Positions 10,316-21,003 of a stretch of 64,000 nucleotides of DNA are shown in pieces. The position numbers and the translations under genes were made by a program. Under the pieces are notes generated by a model, which saw nothing but the letters and a program-made list of their open reading frames with translations, was not told the DNA's origin and ran no database searches. Position 1 is the first letter of the stretch; each line of letters starts with the position of its first letter. The stretch is from Candidatus Buchananbacteria bacterium (GTDB lineage: Bacteria > Patescibacteriota > Patescibacteriia > Buchananbacterales > UBA6539). The DNA is taken from positions 49,470 to 113,469 of the forward strand of contig JABWCG010000002.1 of NCBI GenBank assembly GCA_013359225.1. Reading direction: 5' to 3'.

Positions 10316-11273
10316 TAACCAACAACAGTTTAGTGATTTAGAAAGGTCAGTGTTACGTACTTTGGCATTTTTTGACATTTTTGATTATCCGCTGACGCTG
10401 GTTGAACTGCATAAATGGTTGTATCAGCCGGCACGGCAGCATAATTTATCGGACATTCTTACGGTTGTACAGTCTGAAAATTTGAAGGGGATAATCCAAC
10501 ATCAGTTCGGCTTTTATTTTTTTGCCGGCCGCCAAGCAATTATCCGAATTCGGCTGGAACGGTATCAAATTGCCGAAAAGAAATTTAAAATCGCTTTAAA
10601 AACGGTTCGGTTTCTGCGCTGGCTGAGCGTGGTGGAGATGGTGGCGGTTTGCAATAACGTTGGGTACAACAATGGGACTGAAAAAAGTGATATTGATTTT
10701 TTTATGATTATCAGCAAGGGTCGGTTGTGGTGGGGGAGACTAATGATTACCTTAATTACGACAATACTTGGAGTGCGGCGCCACGGTGTTCGGATTGTTG
10801 ATCGAGTATGTCTTAGTTTTTATACGGCAACTAACCACTTAAACCTTACTGACATTTCACTGAAACCATTAGACCCCTATTTGGTGTATTGGTTTGCAAC
10901 GCTGGCGCCGATTTATAGCAAACAAAAAACCTACCAAAATTTTATGGCGGCAAATGATTGGCTGAAGACTGATTTGCCTAACTTTTACCAGACGCATCTG
11001 ACTAGCCGTCGGGAAATTACTGATTCGCCATTGGTTGTGGCCTATCACAAGCTTGACCGGTTTTTTGTGACCAGCTGGCTAGGCCGCTGGGCTGAGCGTT
11101 TTGCTCAATTGATTGAAACGCGGCACGTTAAAGGGTATTTAGGGGACGCCATGAACCAAAATAATACGCATGTAATTATATCGTCTGATATGCTGAAGTT
11201 TCATAAAATTGACCGCCGCGATCAGTACCGCCAGGCTTTCTTAGACCGACTCATTAAACTTCGCCTCGTATGA
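10305..11273 (+). CDS. Conserved hypothetical, nucleotidyltransferase-like
   Basis: FDIFDYPLT N-terminus; SDIDFFMI resembles the DxD motif of the Pol-beta NTase fold. Confidence 0.6.
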   Translation: MTNSNQQQFSDLERSVLRTLAFFDIFDYPLTLVELHKWLYQPARQHNLSDILTVVQSENLKGIIQHQFGFYFFAGRQAIIRIRLERYQIAEKKFKIALKTVRFLRWLSVVEMVAVCNNVGYNNGTEKSDIDFFMIISKGRLWWGRLMITLITTILGVRRHGVRIVDRVCLSFYTATNHLNLTDISLKPLDPYLVYWFATLAPIYSKQKTYQNFMAANDWLKTDLPNFYQTHLTSRREITDSPLVVAYHKLDRFFVTSWLGRWAERFAQLIETRHVKGYLGDAMNQNNTHVIISSDMLKFHKIDRRDQYRQAFLDRLIKLRLV

Positions 11274-11896
11274 TGGACTATTTAGTTGAAAGAAAAAATT
11301 ATTTGATTTTTGTTTTTACCGTTGTTTATTTGGCCGCTTTTACGATTAATGCTATCTTCCACCAAAACTACGAATTTTTATATTATACGGTGTTATTGGT
11401 GGCCTTAATTTATATTATTACAACAATCCATCACCGCCTTCATTTGGGATTTTTTATCATTATCAATCTATCGGTTCTGGGTTTTTTGCACCTGCTTGGT
11501 GGCAATTTGTATTTTGGCCATCTGCGCCTGTACGATTTTTATATCATCGCTGGAGTTATTCGGTACGATAATATCATCCATACCTATGCAACTTTTATTG
11601 CTACTCTGGGGTTATATAGTTTAATTGAGCCGTTTATTGATGTTTCGTTAAAGAAACGATATTACGCGTTTGCCCTGGTTTTGATTTTGATGGCCATCGG
11701 CTTAGGGACAATTAATGAGCTAGTTGAGCTTTTCGCCGTATTGTTGTTTGATGTCTCTGAAAAAGTCGGCGGGTATTTTAATAATGCGCTTGATTTGTTG
11801 TTTAATACTTTGGGAGCAACGGCCGCTACAGTGGTAATTTACTACTATAACTATCGACCGAAATTTATTCGTCGCATTGATGGCCAGACTAACTAA
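11270..11896 (+). CDS. Integral membrane protein (DUF2238-like)
   Basis: HLLGG, YDNIIH, ELVE and DLLFN motifs within TM helices. Confidence 0.6.
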   Translation: MMDYLVERKNYLIFVFTVVYLAAFTINAIFHQNYEFLYYTVLLVALIYIITTIHHRLHLGFFIIINLSVLGFLHLLGGNLYFGHLRLYDFYIIAGVIRYDNIIHTYATFIATLGLYSLIEPFIDVSLKKRYYAFALVLILMAIGLGTINELVELFAVLLFDVSEKVGGYFNNALDLLFNTLGATAATVVIYYYNYRPKFIRRIDGQTN

Positions 11897-13226
11897 AACA
11901 ATTGAATATCTGTTTTATCTTTTTATTTTTTTATTGCCCTGGCAGACGAGATTAATTTGGCGCGACGCTTCACTAAACGGCTTTACGTGGGAGTATGGTC
12001 GTTTTAGTCTTTATGGAACCGAAATTTTGCTGTGGGTGATTTTATTTTTGTATGCCGCTTGGCTAATTGTTAATCGCCCGACGGCAAAACTGACCGCTAG
12101 AGAATATCTTGCTTATTTGCGTCAGCCACGTGTTATAGCGTATTGGCTGGTAGTGATTTTTTTATTGCTGGCTGGTTTTTCGGTAATCGGGTCAATTGAT
12201 GCCGTGTTAGCATATTATCACTGGTTTTGGTTGATAGAAGCAGTAGCACTTTTTTCGTTAATAGTTAATTTTAATTTTTCATTGCGCCGCTTGGCGGTAG
12301 CTTGGGTTGGTTCGGCGGCGATTCAGTCAGTATTTGCTATTTGGCAATTTTTTAATCAGTATGTGTTTGCGAATAAGTGGCTGGGGCTGGCTTGGCAGTT
12401 TCCTACCCAGGGCGGTTCAATTATTTTGCAGACCGATAGCGAGCGCTGGCTTCGGGCATACGGCAGCCTGCCGCATCCAAACATCTTGGCAGGGTTTTTG
12501 GTAGTTGCTTTGTTGTTGCTGTTGTATTTGGCATTTTCGACCAACACTCGGATTCTATTACGAATTTTTATTTTAAGCAGTTTACTGGTAATCACGCCGG
12601 CGCTGTTTTTTAGTTTTTCCCGCTCAGCCTGGATTGCGCTGATTGTCTGTTTAATCGTGCTGTCATTTTGGCTATACCGTCGCCACGATAAAGCACTAAA
12701 CCGTACTTTTTATCAAATATTTTTATTACTGGTGCTTATGGTGGTGATTTTAGGATTGAATTTAACCGATCCGCTGGTTACCCGGTTGGTCGGCCGCGAG
12801 CCATTGGAAATTAGCTCTATTAGTTTGCGCATGACGTTTACCGAACAGGCCTGGAATATTATTCAAACTCGTCCGTGGCAGGGAACGGGTGTCGGCAATT
12901 ATACTCTGGGCGTTTATCATGATATTAATAGCAGCTGGCCGGGGTATTATTATCAGCCGGTTCATAATTTGTATCTTTTAATTTTGGCTGAAATGGGGAT
13001 TTTTGGCGCGCTGACGTTTGCGGCGCTGCTGGGGTTACTTGGGTATATGGCATTTCGTCAAGGGCCATCACTTGAAAAGATGATTATTATTTTAAGCCTG
13101 GCTTCATGTTTGGTTATTAGCTTATTTGACCATTATTTTTGGACTTTATATTTTGGTGTTATGGTTTTTTGGGTGGTGCTGGCCTTGAATTTTCGGGCCT
13201 TAAAAGGGGGGTTTGACAATTCTTGA
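11880..13226 (+). CDS. O-antigen ligase-family protein
   Basis: RAYGSLPHPNILAG, SFSRSAW, GTGVGNY, PVHNLYLLILAEMGIFG. Confidence 0.88.
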   Translation: MARLTKTIEYLFYLFIFLLPWQTRLIWRDASLNGFTWEYGRFSLYGTEILLWVILFLYAAWLIVNRPTAKLTAREYLAYLRQPRVIAYWLVVIFLLLAGFSVIGSIDAVLAYYHWFWLIEAVALFSLIVNFNFSLRRLAVAWVGSAAIQSVFAIWQFFNQYVFANKWLGLAWQFPTQGGSIILQTDSERWLRAYGSLPHPNILAGFLVVALLLLLYLAFSTNTRILLRIFILSSLLVITPALFFSFSRSAWIALIVCLIVLSFWLYRRHDKALNRTFYQIFLLLVLMVVILGLNLTDPLVTRLVGREPLEISSISLRMTFTEQAWNIIQTRPWQGTGVGNYTLGVYHDINSSWPGYYYQPVHNLYLLILAEMGIFGALTFAALLGLLGYMAFRQGPSLEKMIIILSLASCLVISLFDHYFWTLYFGVMVFWVVLALNFRALKGGFDNS

Positions 13227-13259
13227 CAGTGCTTTTAAAATAATTTAATCTATACTATG

Positions 13260-13286
13260 TTAGCACTCTAAATATTAGAGTGCTAA
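13260..13286 (+). promoter_or_regulatory. CIRCE element (HrcA operator)
   Basis: Perfect TTAGCACTC-N9-GAGTGCTAA upstream of groES. Confidence 0.97.
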
Positions 13287-13326
13287 TTTAACCCCCTAAT
13301 TATTAATCATAACAGTAAAAAAACAT

Positions 13327-13602
13327 ATGAAATTAAAACCACTAGGAGATCGTATCGTGGTTGAACCTGTGACCGAGGCCGAAACTACTAAATCAGGCAT
13401 TGTGTTGCCGGCTACCATCGATAAAGAAAAAAAAGCTGAAGGTAAAATTATTGCCATTGGCGACGGTGATGACATTAAAAAGCTTGGATTAAAAACCGGA
13501 GATCGGGTGCTGTTTGGTAAATATGCCGGTGAAGAAGTGAAAGTTGATGGCGTTGAATATAAAATTTTGACGGATGAGGACGTTTTGGCAGTCATTGAAT
13601 AA
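13327..13602 (+). CDS. groES: Co-chaperonin GroES
   Basis: LKPLGDRIVV, TKSGIVLP, KYAGEEVK. Confidence 0.98.
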   Translation: MKLKPLGDRIVVEPVTEAETTKSGIVLPATIDKEKKAEGKIIAIGDGDDIKKLGLKTGDRVLFGKYAGEEVKVDGVEYKILTDEDVLAVIE

Positions 13603-13629
13603 TTAATAATTAATTTTTTGTAAAACAGT

Positions 13630-15285
13630 ATGGCTAAACAATTACTCTTTAATGAAGCCGCTCGCGGAGCGGTAAAAAAAGGCATCGATAAGGTAGCTGA
13701 TGCCGTTAAAGTCAGTCTTGGCCCCAAGGGCCGACACGTAGTTATTGATCGCGGTTTTGGTTCGCCGGTAGTAACCAACGACGGCGTCACCATCGCCAAA
13801 GAAATTGATTTGGAAGACAAGTTCGAAAATGTCGGAGCCTCATTGATTAAAGAAGTATCGGAGAAAACTAATGATGTTGCCGGTGATGGGACAACCACTG
13901 CCACGGTTTTGGCTCAGGCGATGATTGAAGAAGGTTTAAAAAATGTAGCCGCCGGAACTGATCCGATTGCGTTAAAGAGTGGTATCCAAAAAGCGGTTGA
14001 AGTTGCTGTTGAGGGGTTGAAAAAAATCACCAAAGAAGTTCAGGATCAAAAAGAAATTGCTCAAGTGGCAACTATTTCTTCGTTGGACCCCAAAGTCGGT
14101 CAGATGATTGCTGACGTCATGCAGGAAGTCGGCAATGACGGCGTTGTTACCGTCGAAGAGGGTCAGACATTTGGTTTGGAAAAAGAAGTGGTTCAGGGCA
14201 TGCGGTTTGATAAAGGATATGTATCGCACTATATGGTAACTAATGCTGAACGCATGGAAGCAGTTTTTGAAGATTCGTATATCTTGTTGACTGATCAAAA
14301 AATTTCCGCGGCGGCCGATATTGTGCCGTTACTTGAAAAGGTTGCTCAATCTGGTCGCAAAGAACTGGTAATTATTGCTGATGAAATTGAAGGCGAGGCC
14401 TTGGCTACGTTTGTGGTTAATAAATTGCGCGGCACTTTTAGTGTTTTGGGCGTAAAGGCCCCGGGTTTTGGCGATCGTCGCAAAGCAATACTTGAAGATA
14501 TTGCTGTGTTAACCGGTGCTCAGGTGATTTCCGAAGAAGTAGGCTTAAAGCTTGATGGCGTAAGTATTGATCAGTTGGGTGAGGCGCGAAAAATTATTGC
14601 CAGTAAAGATTATACCACTATTGTTGACGGACAAGGTGACAAAGAAGCTATTGCTGACCGAGTGGCTCAGATTAAGCGAGAGATTGAAAATACTGATTCA
14701 GATTTCGACCGGGAAAAACTCCAGGAGCGTTTAGCCAAACTAACCGGCGGCGTCGGAGTAATTAAAGTCGGTGCGGCAACTGAAACGGAAATGAAAGAAA
14801 AGAAATTTAAGATCGAAGACGCCTTAAATGCCACCAAGGCGGCGATTGCCGAAGGCATTGTCCCTGGCGGCGGAGCGGCATTGGCCAAGGTCGCCAACGC
14901 CTTAGACAGCCTGCTTAAAGAGCATAAGGTAGAACTGACTGATGATGAAAAGATTGGCGTTAAAATTGTTCAAAAAGCGTTGACCTCGCCTTTGCGACAG
15001 ATTGCCGCCAACGCCGGCATTAAAGACATTTCGCTGATTCTTAATGACATTACCGACATCAAAGATCATAAATCAGGCTACGACTTTGCAAATAATAAGA
15101 AAGTCGACATGCTCCAGGCGGGAATTGTGGACCCGATGAAAGTAACCAGAACAGCGCTACAGAATGCCGCATCTATTGCTTCAACACTGATTACTATGGA
15201 AACGGTAGTTACTGATTTGCCACAAAAAGATGATCATAGTCACGGCGCCGGAATGCCGGGCATGGGTGGCATGGGGATGATGTAA
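13630..15285 (+). CDS. groEL: Chaperonin GroEL
   Basis: [21 protein letters not shown] tail. Confidence 0.99.
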   Translation: MAKQLLFNEAARGAVKKGIDKVADAVKVSLGPKGRHVVIDRGFGSPVVTNDGVTIAKEIDLEDKFENVGASLIKEVSEKTNDVAGDGTTTATVLAQAMIEEGLKNVAAGTDPIALKSGIQKAVEVAVEGLKKITKEVQDQKEIAQVATISSLDPKVGQMIADVMQEVGNDGVVTVEEGQTFGLEKEVVQGMRFDKGYVSHYMVTNAERMEAVFEDSYILLTDQKISAAADIVPLLEKVAQSGRKELVIIADEIEGEALATFVVNKLRGTFSVLGVKAPGFGDRRKAILEDIAVLTGAQVISEEVGLKLDGVSIDQLGEARKIIASKDYTTIVDGQGDKEAIADRVAQIKREIENTDSDFDREKLQERLAKLTGGVGVIKVGAATETEMKEKKFKIEDALNATKAAIAEGIVPGGGAALAKVANALDSLLKEHKVELTDDEKIGVKIVQKALTSPLRQIAANAGIKDISLILNDITDIKDHKSGYDFANNKKVDMLQAGIVDPMKVTRTALQNAASIASTLITMETVVTDLPQKDDHSHGAGMPGMGGMGMM

Positions 15286-15300
15286 TAAGGTTATCATTTA

Positions 15301-15339
15301 AAAAACAGGGCTTATCCAGTAAGGGCAGGCCCTGTTTTT
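15301..15339 (+). terminator. Intrinsic terminator after groEL
   Basis: AAACAGGGC...GCCCTGTTTTT. Confidence 0.8.
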
Positions 15340-15412
15340 GGTTGAAAAATTTTTGCGGCAAGCCTGGTTTTTTGGTATAATAAAATTGTTAATTAACCTA
15401 AATTAAAAAAAT

Positions 15413-15745
15413 ATGACTGACACTAAATCACAAAAATCAGTAACTTCGGAAGAAAAAATTTGGGGAGCGGTGAGCTATCTTTGGATTTTAAGCCTAGTGG
15501 CACTCGCCGCGCGTAAAAATAATCAATTTGTCAGGTTTCACGCCAGTCAGGGCGCGCTGCTGTTTGCAATCTCCCTTATCTTAATGTTGATTCCGGGAAT
15601 CGGTTGGTTGCTAAATATTTTGATCGGCATTGCGGCAATCATCGGGATTATTAAAGCTTTGCAGGGAGAAAAGTGGGAAGTGCCAGCGGTTGGTCAATTT
15701 AGCACCAAATTTGCCGATTGGTTGGTTAAAACCTTGAAATTATAA
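15413..15745 (+). CDS. DUF4870-like membrane protein
   Basis: GAVSYLWI, FVRFHASQG; 3 TM helices. Confidence 0.75.
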   Translation: MTDTKSQKSVTSEEKIWGAVSYLWILSLVALAARKNNQFVRFHASQGALLFAISLILMLIPGIGWLLNILIGIAAIIGIIKALQGEKWEVPAVGQFSTKFADWLVKTLKL

Positions 15746-15751
15746 TTGATT

Positions 15752-17239
15752 ATGAAACGAACCAAAATTGTTTGTACCATCGGACCCGCTTCGGAAAGTA
15801 AGACTAAAATTGAGCAAATGATTAAGTCCGGACTTAACGTCGCGAGGCTTAATTTTTCTCACGGCACTTATAAGCACCACACGATGCTGATAAAAAATAT
15901 CAGAGCGGTTTCGGCAAAGCTTAATGAGCCGGTGGCTATCTTGCAGGATTTACAGGGCCCGCGGATTCGCATTGGCGGCGTGGCTAAAGAGGGTATTAAG
16001 GTTGAGGCTGGTGAAGAAATTGTTTTGGTTCCAGAAAATTTTAAAATTGAGCTTAAAAAAATTTCAACCTTCATTCCGATTCAGTACCCTGATTTGTATA
16101 AAGACGTCAAACCAAAAGATCCGATTTTAATCGATGACGCCAAAATTGAGCTTGAAGTAATTGAGATAAAAAACAAGGCGATTCGTTGCCGGGTTAGGAT
16201 TGGCGACGTGATTAATTCGCACAAGGGGATGAATTTTCCTAAAACTGAAATTAGAACGCCGGCGGTGACCAAAAAAGATCGGCAGGACCTGGCGTTTGGT
16301 TTGGGGCAGGGTATTGATTTTGTGGCGTTGTCTTTTGTTAAAAATGCCAAAGACATTATTGATTTGCGCCGCACTATTCACCAGCTAGAATCCAGATTGG
16401 GACAAAAACAAAAAGATTTTAAGAAGCCGAAACGCAGCGGGAATTGGCCGGGAACACATACTAAAATTATTGCTAAGATCGAACGTCCCGAAGCGGTCAA
16501 AAATTTTGAAGAAATTTTAGCGGCCGCTGATGGCATTATGGTTGCGCGTGGCGATTTAGGTCTGGAAATTCCTTTAGAAGATTTACCACTGATCCAAAAA
16601 AAGATTGTCCGGCGTTGTGTTGAAGAGTCTAAGCCGGTGATTGTGGCAACACAGATGTTGGATTCCATGATTCGCTATCCGGTGCCAACCAGGGCGGAAG
16701 TTTCAGACGTCGCTAATGCTATTTTGGACGGAACTGACGCCATTATGCTGTCAGGTGAGACGGCTACCGGTAAATATCCTTTAAAGGCGGTGCAAGTAAT
16801 GAGTCGGATTGCCCATCAGGTGGAAAAAACGGAAATTGCTGAATATAAAGAAATTCAAGACAGCCTAAAGAAGCTGGGGGGTATTACCGAGACGGTCAGT
16901 TATGCGGTGCAAACTATTGCCGACGACGTGAACGCTAAATTAATTATTTGTGCTACCACTTCCGGCTTTACGGCCAGATCAATTTCTAAATACCGGCCGC
17001 AGATTAGTGTGGCCGCCTTAGCGGCTTCCGAAAAAACTAAAAACCAGCTGTGTTTGAGCTGGGGCGTTAAGCCGTATTATTTAAAGTTTGGCTCGTCATT
17101 TAGCGAACTAGTGGGACAAGCCAGGAAACTTTGTCAAAATAAACGATTGGTTAAAAAGGGTGGTGTTGTCGTCATCGCTGCTGGCCATCCTTTTGGCTAT
17201 TTAGGTCAGACTAACTTAATCAAAGTAGAAACAATTTAA
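15752..17239 (+). CDS. pyk: Pyruvate kinase
   Basis: TKIVCTIGP, RLNFSHG, MVARGDLG, ATQML, MLSGET. Confidence 0.97.
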   Translation: MKRTKIVCTIGPASESKTKIEQMIKSGLNVARLNFSHGTYKHHTMLIKNIRAVSAKLNEPVAILQDLQGPRIRIGGVAKEGIKVEAGEEIVLVPENFKIELKKISTFIPIQYPDLYKDVKPKDPILIDDAKIELEVIEIKNKAIRCRVRIGDVINSHKGMNFPKTEIRTPAVTKKDRQDLAFGLGQGIDFVALSFVKNAKDIIDLRRTIHQLESRLGQKQKDFKKPKRSGNWPGTHTKIIAKIERPEAVKNFEEILAAADGIMVARGDLGLEIPLEDLPLIQKKIVRRCVEESKPVIVATQMLDSMIRYPVPTRAEVSDVANAILDGTDAIMLSGETATGKYPLKAVQVMSRIAHQVEKTEIAEYKEIQDSLKKLGGITETVSYAVQTIADDVNAKLIICATTSGFTARSISKYRPQISVAALAASEKTKNQLCLSWGVKPYYLKFGSSFSELVGQARKLCQNKRLVKKGGVVVIAAGHPFGYLGQTNLIKVETI

Positions 17240-17251
17240 TAAAATAAAAAT

Positions 17252-19651
17252 ATGTTATTCAAAAAAAAGTTCATCCTGTGGTTTGATGAATTAACGATTA
17301 AAGACGTTCCAAAAGTCGGCGGTAAGAATGCGTCGCTGGGTGAGATGTACCAAAAATTAGTTCCCCAAGGGATTAACGTTCCTAATGGTTTTGCCGTTAC
17401 GGCTCAGGCTTATTTTTATTTATTAAAGAAAACCGGTATAAGATATCAGATTCAAAAAGTTTTAAGCGATCTTGATACTCATGATATGAAAAATCTGACG
17501 GAGCGCGGTCAGAAAGTTCGTGATTTAATCTTGCGGGCGGAATTTCCCAAAGATTTGGAACAGCAAATTGTGACGGCGTACCATAGTTTAGAGCAGCATT
17601 ATGGCAAAGGCGTGGACGTGGCGGTTCGGTCATCGGCCACAGCTGAAGATTTGCCGGATGCTTCGTTTGCCGGCCAGCAGGAAACTTTTTTAAATATTCG
17701 CGGCCCGCAGGGAGTAATTGATGCAACGCGTCATTGTATGGCGTCGCTATTTACCAACCGGGCGATTTCATACCGTACCGACAAAGGCTTTGATCATTTC
17801 AAGGTTGGCTTATCGGTTGGCGTGCAGCACATGGTTCGGGCCGACAAAGCCAGTTCCGGCGTGATGTTTACGATTGATACGGAAAGTGGTTTTCGTAATG
17901 CCATTTTAATCAATGGGTCCTGGGGGCTGGGTGAAAATATTGTTCAAGGCAAAGTGACGCCGGACGAATTTTATGTTTTTAAAGAAACTTTAGAACAGGG
18001 ATTTAAGCCAATTATTTTAAGAAAACTCGGCGGTAAAAAAATTAAAATGATTTACGCCGCTAAAGGCAATAAAGTGGTCAAGAATATCAGTACGACCAAA
18101 GCCGAGCAGCAAAAGTTTGTTTTAAACGATAAAGAAATCCTGAAGCTGGCCGAATGGGGGCTGATGATTGAGAAACATTACAATCGGCCAATGGATATTG
18201 AGTGGGGAAAAGACGGTAAAACCAAGAAGCTGTATATTTTACAAGCTAGGCCTGAAACTGTGCATGCGGCTAAGAACAGTCAGGTGCTTGAAGAGTATCA
18301 GTTAAAGAAGCGCGGTAAAGTGATTGTTTCCGGTTCGCCGGTCGGTAGTAAGATCGCTAGTGGCCGGGCCAATATCATTAAGGACGCCAAGCAAATTAAC
18401 CAGTTTAAGGCCGGTGAAATTTTAGTGACTGATATGACCGATCCGGACTGGGAACCGATTATGAAAATTGCCGCCGGCATTATTACTAACAAAGGCGGTC
18501 GTACATGCCATGCAGCAATCGTTTCGCGCGAGCTTGGTATTCCCTGTATTGTCGGAACGGACGACGGCACCAAGAAAATTAAGTCCGGCCAAGAAGTGAC
18601 GATTTCTTGCGGCGAAGGCGAAATTGGTTATGTTTATGACGGTAAGCTGCCGTTTGAAATTAAAAAAACCAACTTGAAAAATATTAAGCGGCCCAAAACC
18701 AAGATTATGATGAATATCGGCCAGCCCGATATTGCGTTTAGCAGTTCGTTTATCCCTAACGACGGCGTTGGTTTGGCTCGTGAAGAGTTTATCATTGCTA
18801 ATCATATCAAGGTTCATCCGCTGGCGTTGCTGCATTTTAATACCCTAAAGGATAAGCAAGCCAAGAAAAAAATTGCGGCTTTAACGGTTGGCTATCAAAA
18901 GAAAGAACAGTTTTTTATTGATAAGCTTGCCGAAGGCGTGGGCCAAATCGCTGCGGCGTTTTACCCCAAGGAAGTGATTTTTAGATTGTCGGATTTTAAA
19001 TCAAACGAATATGCCAACCTGATCGGCGGCAAAGAGTTTGAACCAATTGAATCAAACCCTATGATCGGCTGGCGCGGTGCCTCCCGGTATTATGCGCCGG
19101 AATATCAGGAAGCGTTTATCCTTGAATGTAAGGCGTTTGTGAAAGCGCGCGATGTGTTTGGTTTGAAAAATATTAAATTAATGGTGCCGTTTTGCCGCAC
19201 GGTGGAAGAAGGCAAAAAGGTGATTGAGATTATGGCTAAACACGGCCTTAAACGCGGCGAAGACGGGCTTGAGGTTTACGTGATGTGTGAGATTCCATCA
19301 AATGTCATTTTGGCCGAAGAATTCAGTAAAATTTTTGACGGTTTTTCCATCGGCTCAAACGACCTAACTCAGTTGGCTTTGGGGGTAGACCGCGATTCGG
19401 CTTTAGTAGCACACGTATATGATGAACGTAATGAAGCGGTAAAACGCCTGGTCAGTCAGGTAATTAAAATCGCCAAAAAGAATAACTGCAAGATCGGTAT
19501 TTGCGGCCAGGCACCAAGTGACTTTCCAGACTTCGCCCGATTTTTGGTCAAACAAAAAATTGACAGCATATCGTTAAATCCTGATACGGTCATTAAAACA
19601 ACGCTTGATATTCTAGCTGAAGAAAAGAAAATGAAACGTAAAAACAGGTAA
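17252..19651 (+). CDS. ppsA: Phosphoenolpyruvate synthase
   Basis: VGGKNASLGEM, SFAGQQET, GGRTCHAAIVSRE (phospho-His), SIGSNDLTQ. Confidence 0.97.
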   Translation: MLFKKKFILWFDELTIKDVPKVGGKNASLGEMYQKLVPQGINVPNGFAVTAQAYFYLLKKTGIRYQIQKVLSDLDTHDMKNLTERGQKVRDLILRAEFPKDLEQQIVTAYHSLEQHYGKGVDVAVRSSATAEDLPDASFAGQQETFLNIRGPQGVIDATRHCMASLFTNRAISYRTDKGFDHFKVGLSVGVQHMVRADKASSGVMFTIDTESGFRNAILINGSWGLGENIVQGKVTPDEFYVFKETLEQGFKPIILRKLGGKKIKMIYAAKGNKVVKNISTTKAEQQKFVLNDKEILKLAEWGLMIEKHYNRPMDIEWGKDGKTKKLYILQARPETVHAAKNSQVLEEYQLKKRGKVIVSGSPVGSKIASGRANIIKDAKQINQFKAGEILVTDMTDPDWEPIMKIAAGIITNKGGRTCHAAIVSRELGIPCIVGTDDGTKKIKSGQEVTISCGEGEIGYVYDGKLPFEIKKTNLKNIKRPKTKIMMNIGQPDIAFSSSFIPNDGVGLAREEFIIANHIKVHPLALLHFNTLKDKQAKKKIAALTVGYQKKEQFFIDKLAEGVGQIAAAFYPKEVIFRLSDFKSNEYANLIGGKEFEPIESNPMIGWRGASRYYAPEYQEAFILECKAFVKARDVFGLKNIKLMVPFCRTVEEGKKVIEIMAKHGLKRGEDGLEVYVMCEIPSNVILAEEFSKIFDGFSIGSNDLTQLALGVDRDSALVAHVYDERNEAVKRLVSQVIKIAKKNNCKIGICGQAPSDFPDFARFLVKQKIDSISLNPDTVIKTTLDILAEEKKMKRKNR

Positions 19652-19844
19652 TGTATTTGACAAATTAGTATAATAATGGTACAGTTTAACTTTCAGGGTT
19701 GGGCATTCAACAAGCCAAACTCGGAAAGGAGGCTGACCTTTGAAAGATCGCCATAATCATAGCCCCCCGTAGTTGATTTCGTATCTCGAAGTCGAAGCAG
19801 TAAACTGTGTGAGCTGACTAAACAGAAACCTTCAACTGGAGAGT

Positions 19845-20075
19845 ATGACCATGGCAACACGGATTATCTGGAACGTTTCAGACGGCAACGGCGGCACCAA
19901 GTCCAAGACGGTGGTTTGCACCACCAAGCAGGCTCAGCGGAAAGCGGAGCGGCAAGCCCGTGCGGAGGCGGGAATCTTCACCAAGGAGATTGTCTCCAAC
20001 GGTCACGCTACCGACCACCACATCCGCACCAACGCCACCCGGCGCAAATCCTGCCAGCGTCCCGCCTGTGTCTAA
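19845..20075 (+). CDS. Small basic hypothetical protein
   Basis: GGAG RBS, upstream promoter (TTGACA 19657) and downstream terminator. Confidence 0.55.
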   Translation: MTMATRIIWNVSDGNGGTKSKTVVCTTKQAQRKAERQARAEAGIFTKEIVSNGHATDHHIRTNATRRKSCQRPACV

Positions 20076-20109
20076 CCAGGTAATCAAGTTCTTATCGTAA
20101 TTTCGTCGT

Positions 20110-20149
20110 GCTCGCTTGACCAAGTGGTTCAAGCGAGCCTATTTTTTTA
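20110..20149 (+). terminator. Intrinsic terminator
   Basis: GCTCGCTTGA...TCAAGCGAGC followed by a T-run. Confidence 0.75.
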
Positions 20150-20173
20150 TTCAAACCATGCTACAATAAACCT

Positions 20174-20983
20174 ATGATTGAATTTCTTCACACGTTTAAT
20201 CCGCAGCCGATCATTTTTCAGTATGGGCTAGTAACGCTGCATTGGTATGGTATTTTTGTTGTTAGCGGTATTTTAGCCGGCTTTAAAGTCGTTTCTAGGC
20301 TGGCAAAAAAATACCAACTGGCTATTGATCAAATTTATGATCTAGGTTTTTATATGATCCTTTTTGGTTTAGTTGGTGCCAGAATTTTTTCGGTTTTTTT
20401 AGACCTGTCATATTACCGTCAACACCCGCTAGAAATTTTTGCCATTTGGCAGGGTGGTCTAGCTATTCACGGGGCAATCATCGCCGGTTTGATGGTGTTG
20501 GGTTTTTATGCTTATCGCCAAGCACTTGATTTTTGGCGCCTGGCCGATATGATCGCGCCGGCCTTAGCACTGGGCCAAGCGATTGGCCGCTGGGGTAATT
20601 ATTTCAATCAAGAAATTTTTGGCACTCCCACTAATCTGCCGTGGGGGATTCCGATTGAGTTTAAAAATCGGCCGATTGAATATCTGAGTTATGACTATTT
20701 TCATCCTACCTTTTTGTATGAATCAATTTTAAATATTTTAAATTTCGCGCTCTTGTTTTTTTTGCATTACCGATTAAAAAATAAAAAGCCAGGGTTAATT
20801 GTTCTGCTTTATTTAATTAATTATTCTTTGATTAGGCTTGCTCTAGAGACCGTGCGAACTGATGCGGTGCCGCTTTTACTCGGTCTGCGGGCAACCACGA
20901 TTTCGGCGTTAGCGCTTGCCGCCGTGGCCATTGGCATGATTGGTTGGCGGTATCGTTCAAGTTTGACACTCAAAAGACGGTAA
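20174..20983 (+). CDS. lgt: Prolipoprotein diacylglyceryl transferase
   Basis: HWYG, GGLAIHG, GRWGNYFNQE, HPTFLYE. Confidence 0.96.
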   Translation: MIEFLHTFNPQPIIFQYGLVTLHWYGIFVVSGILAGFKVVSRLAKKYQLAIDQIYDLGFYMILFGLVGARIFSVFLDLSYYRQHPLEIFAIWQGGLAIHGAIIAGLMVLGFYAYRQALDFWRLADMIAPALALGQAIGRWGNYFNQEIFGTPTNLPWGIPIEFKNRPIEYLSYDYFHPTFLYESILNILNFALLFFLHYRLKNKKPGLIVLLYLINYSLIRLALETVRTDAVPLLLGLRATTISALALAAVAIGMIGWRYRSSLTLKRR

Positions 20984-21003
20984 CCTATAATTAAAGCAAG
21001 TTT

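Noticed and set aside
13296-13904. 202-aa minus-strand ORF, and similar antisense ORFs over pnp, pyk, ppsA and nrdA
   Set aside because: Shadow ORFs opposite well-conserved genes, explained by codon bias.
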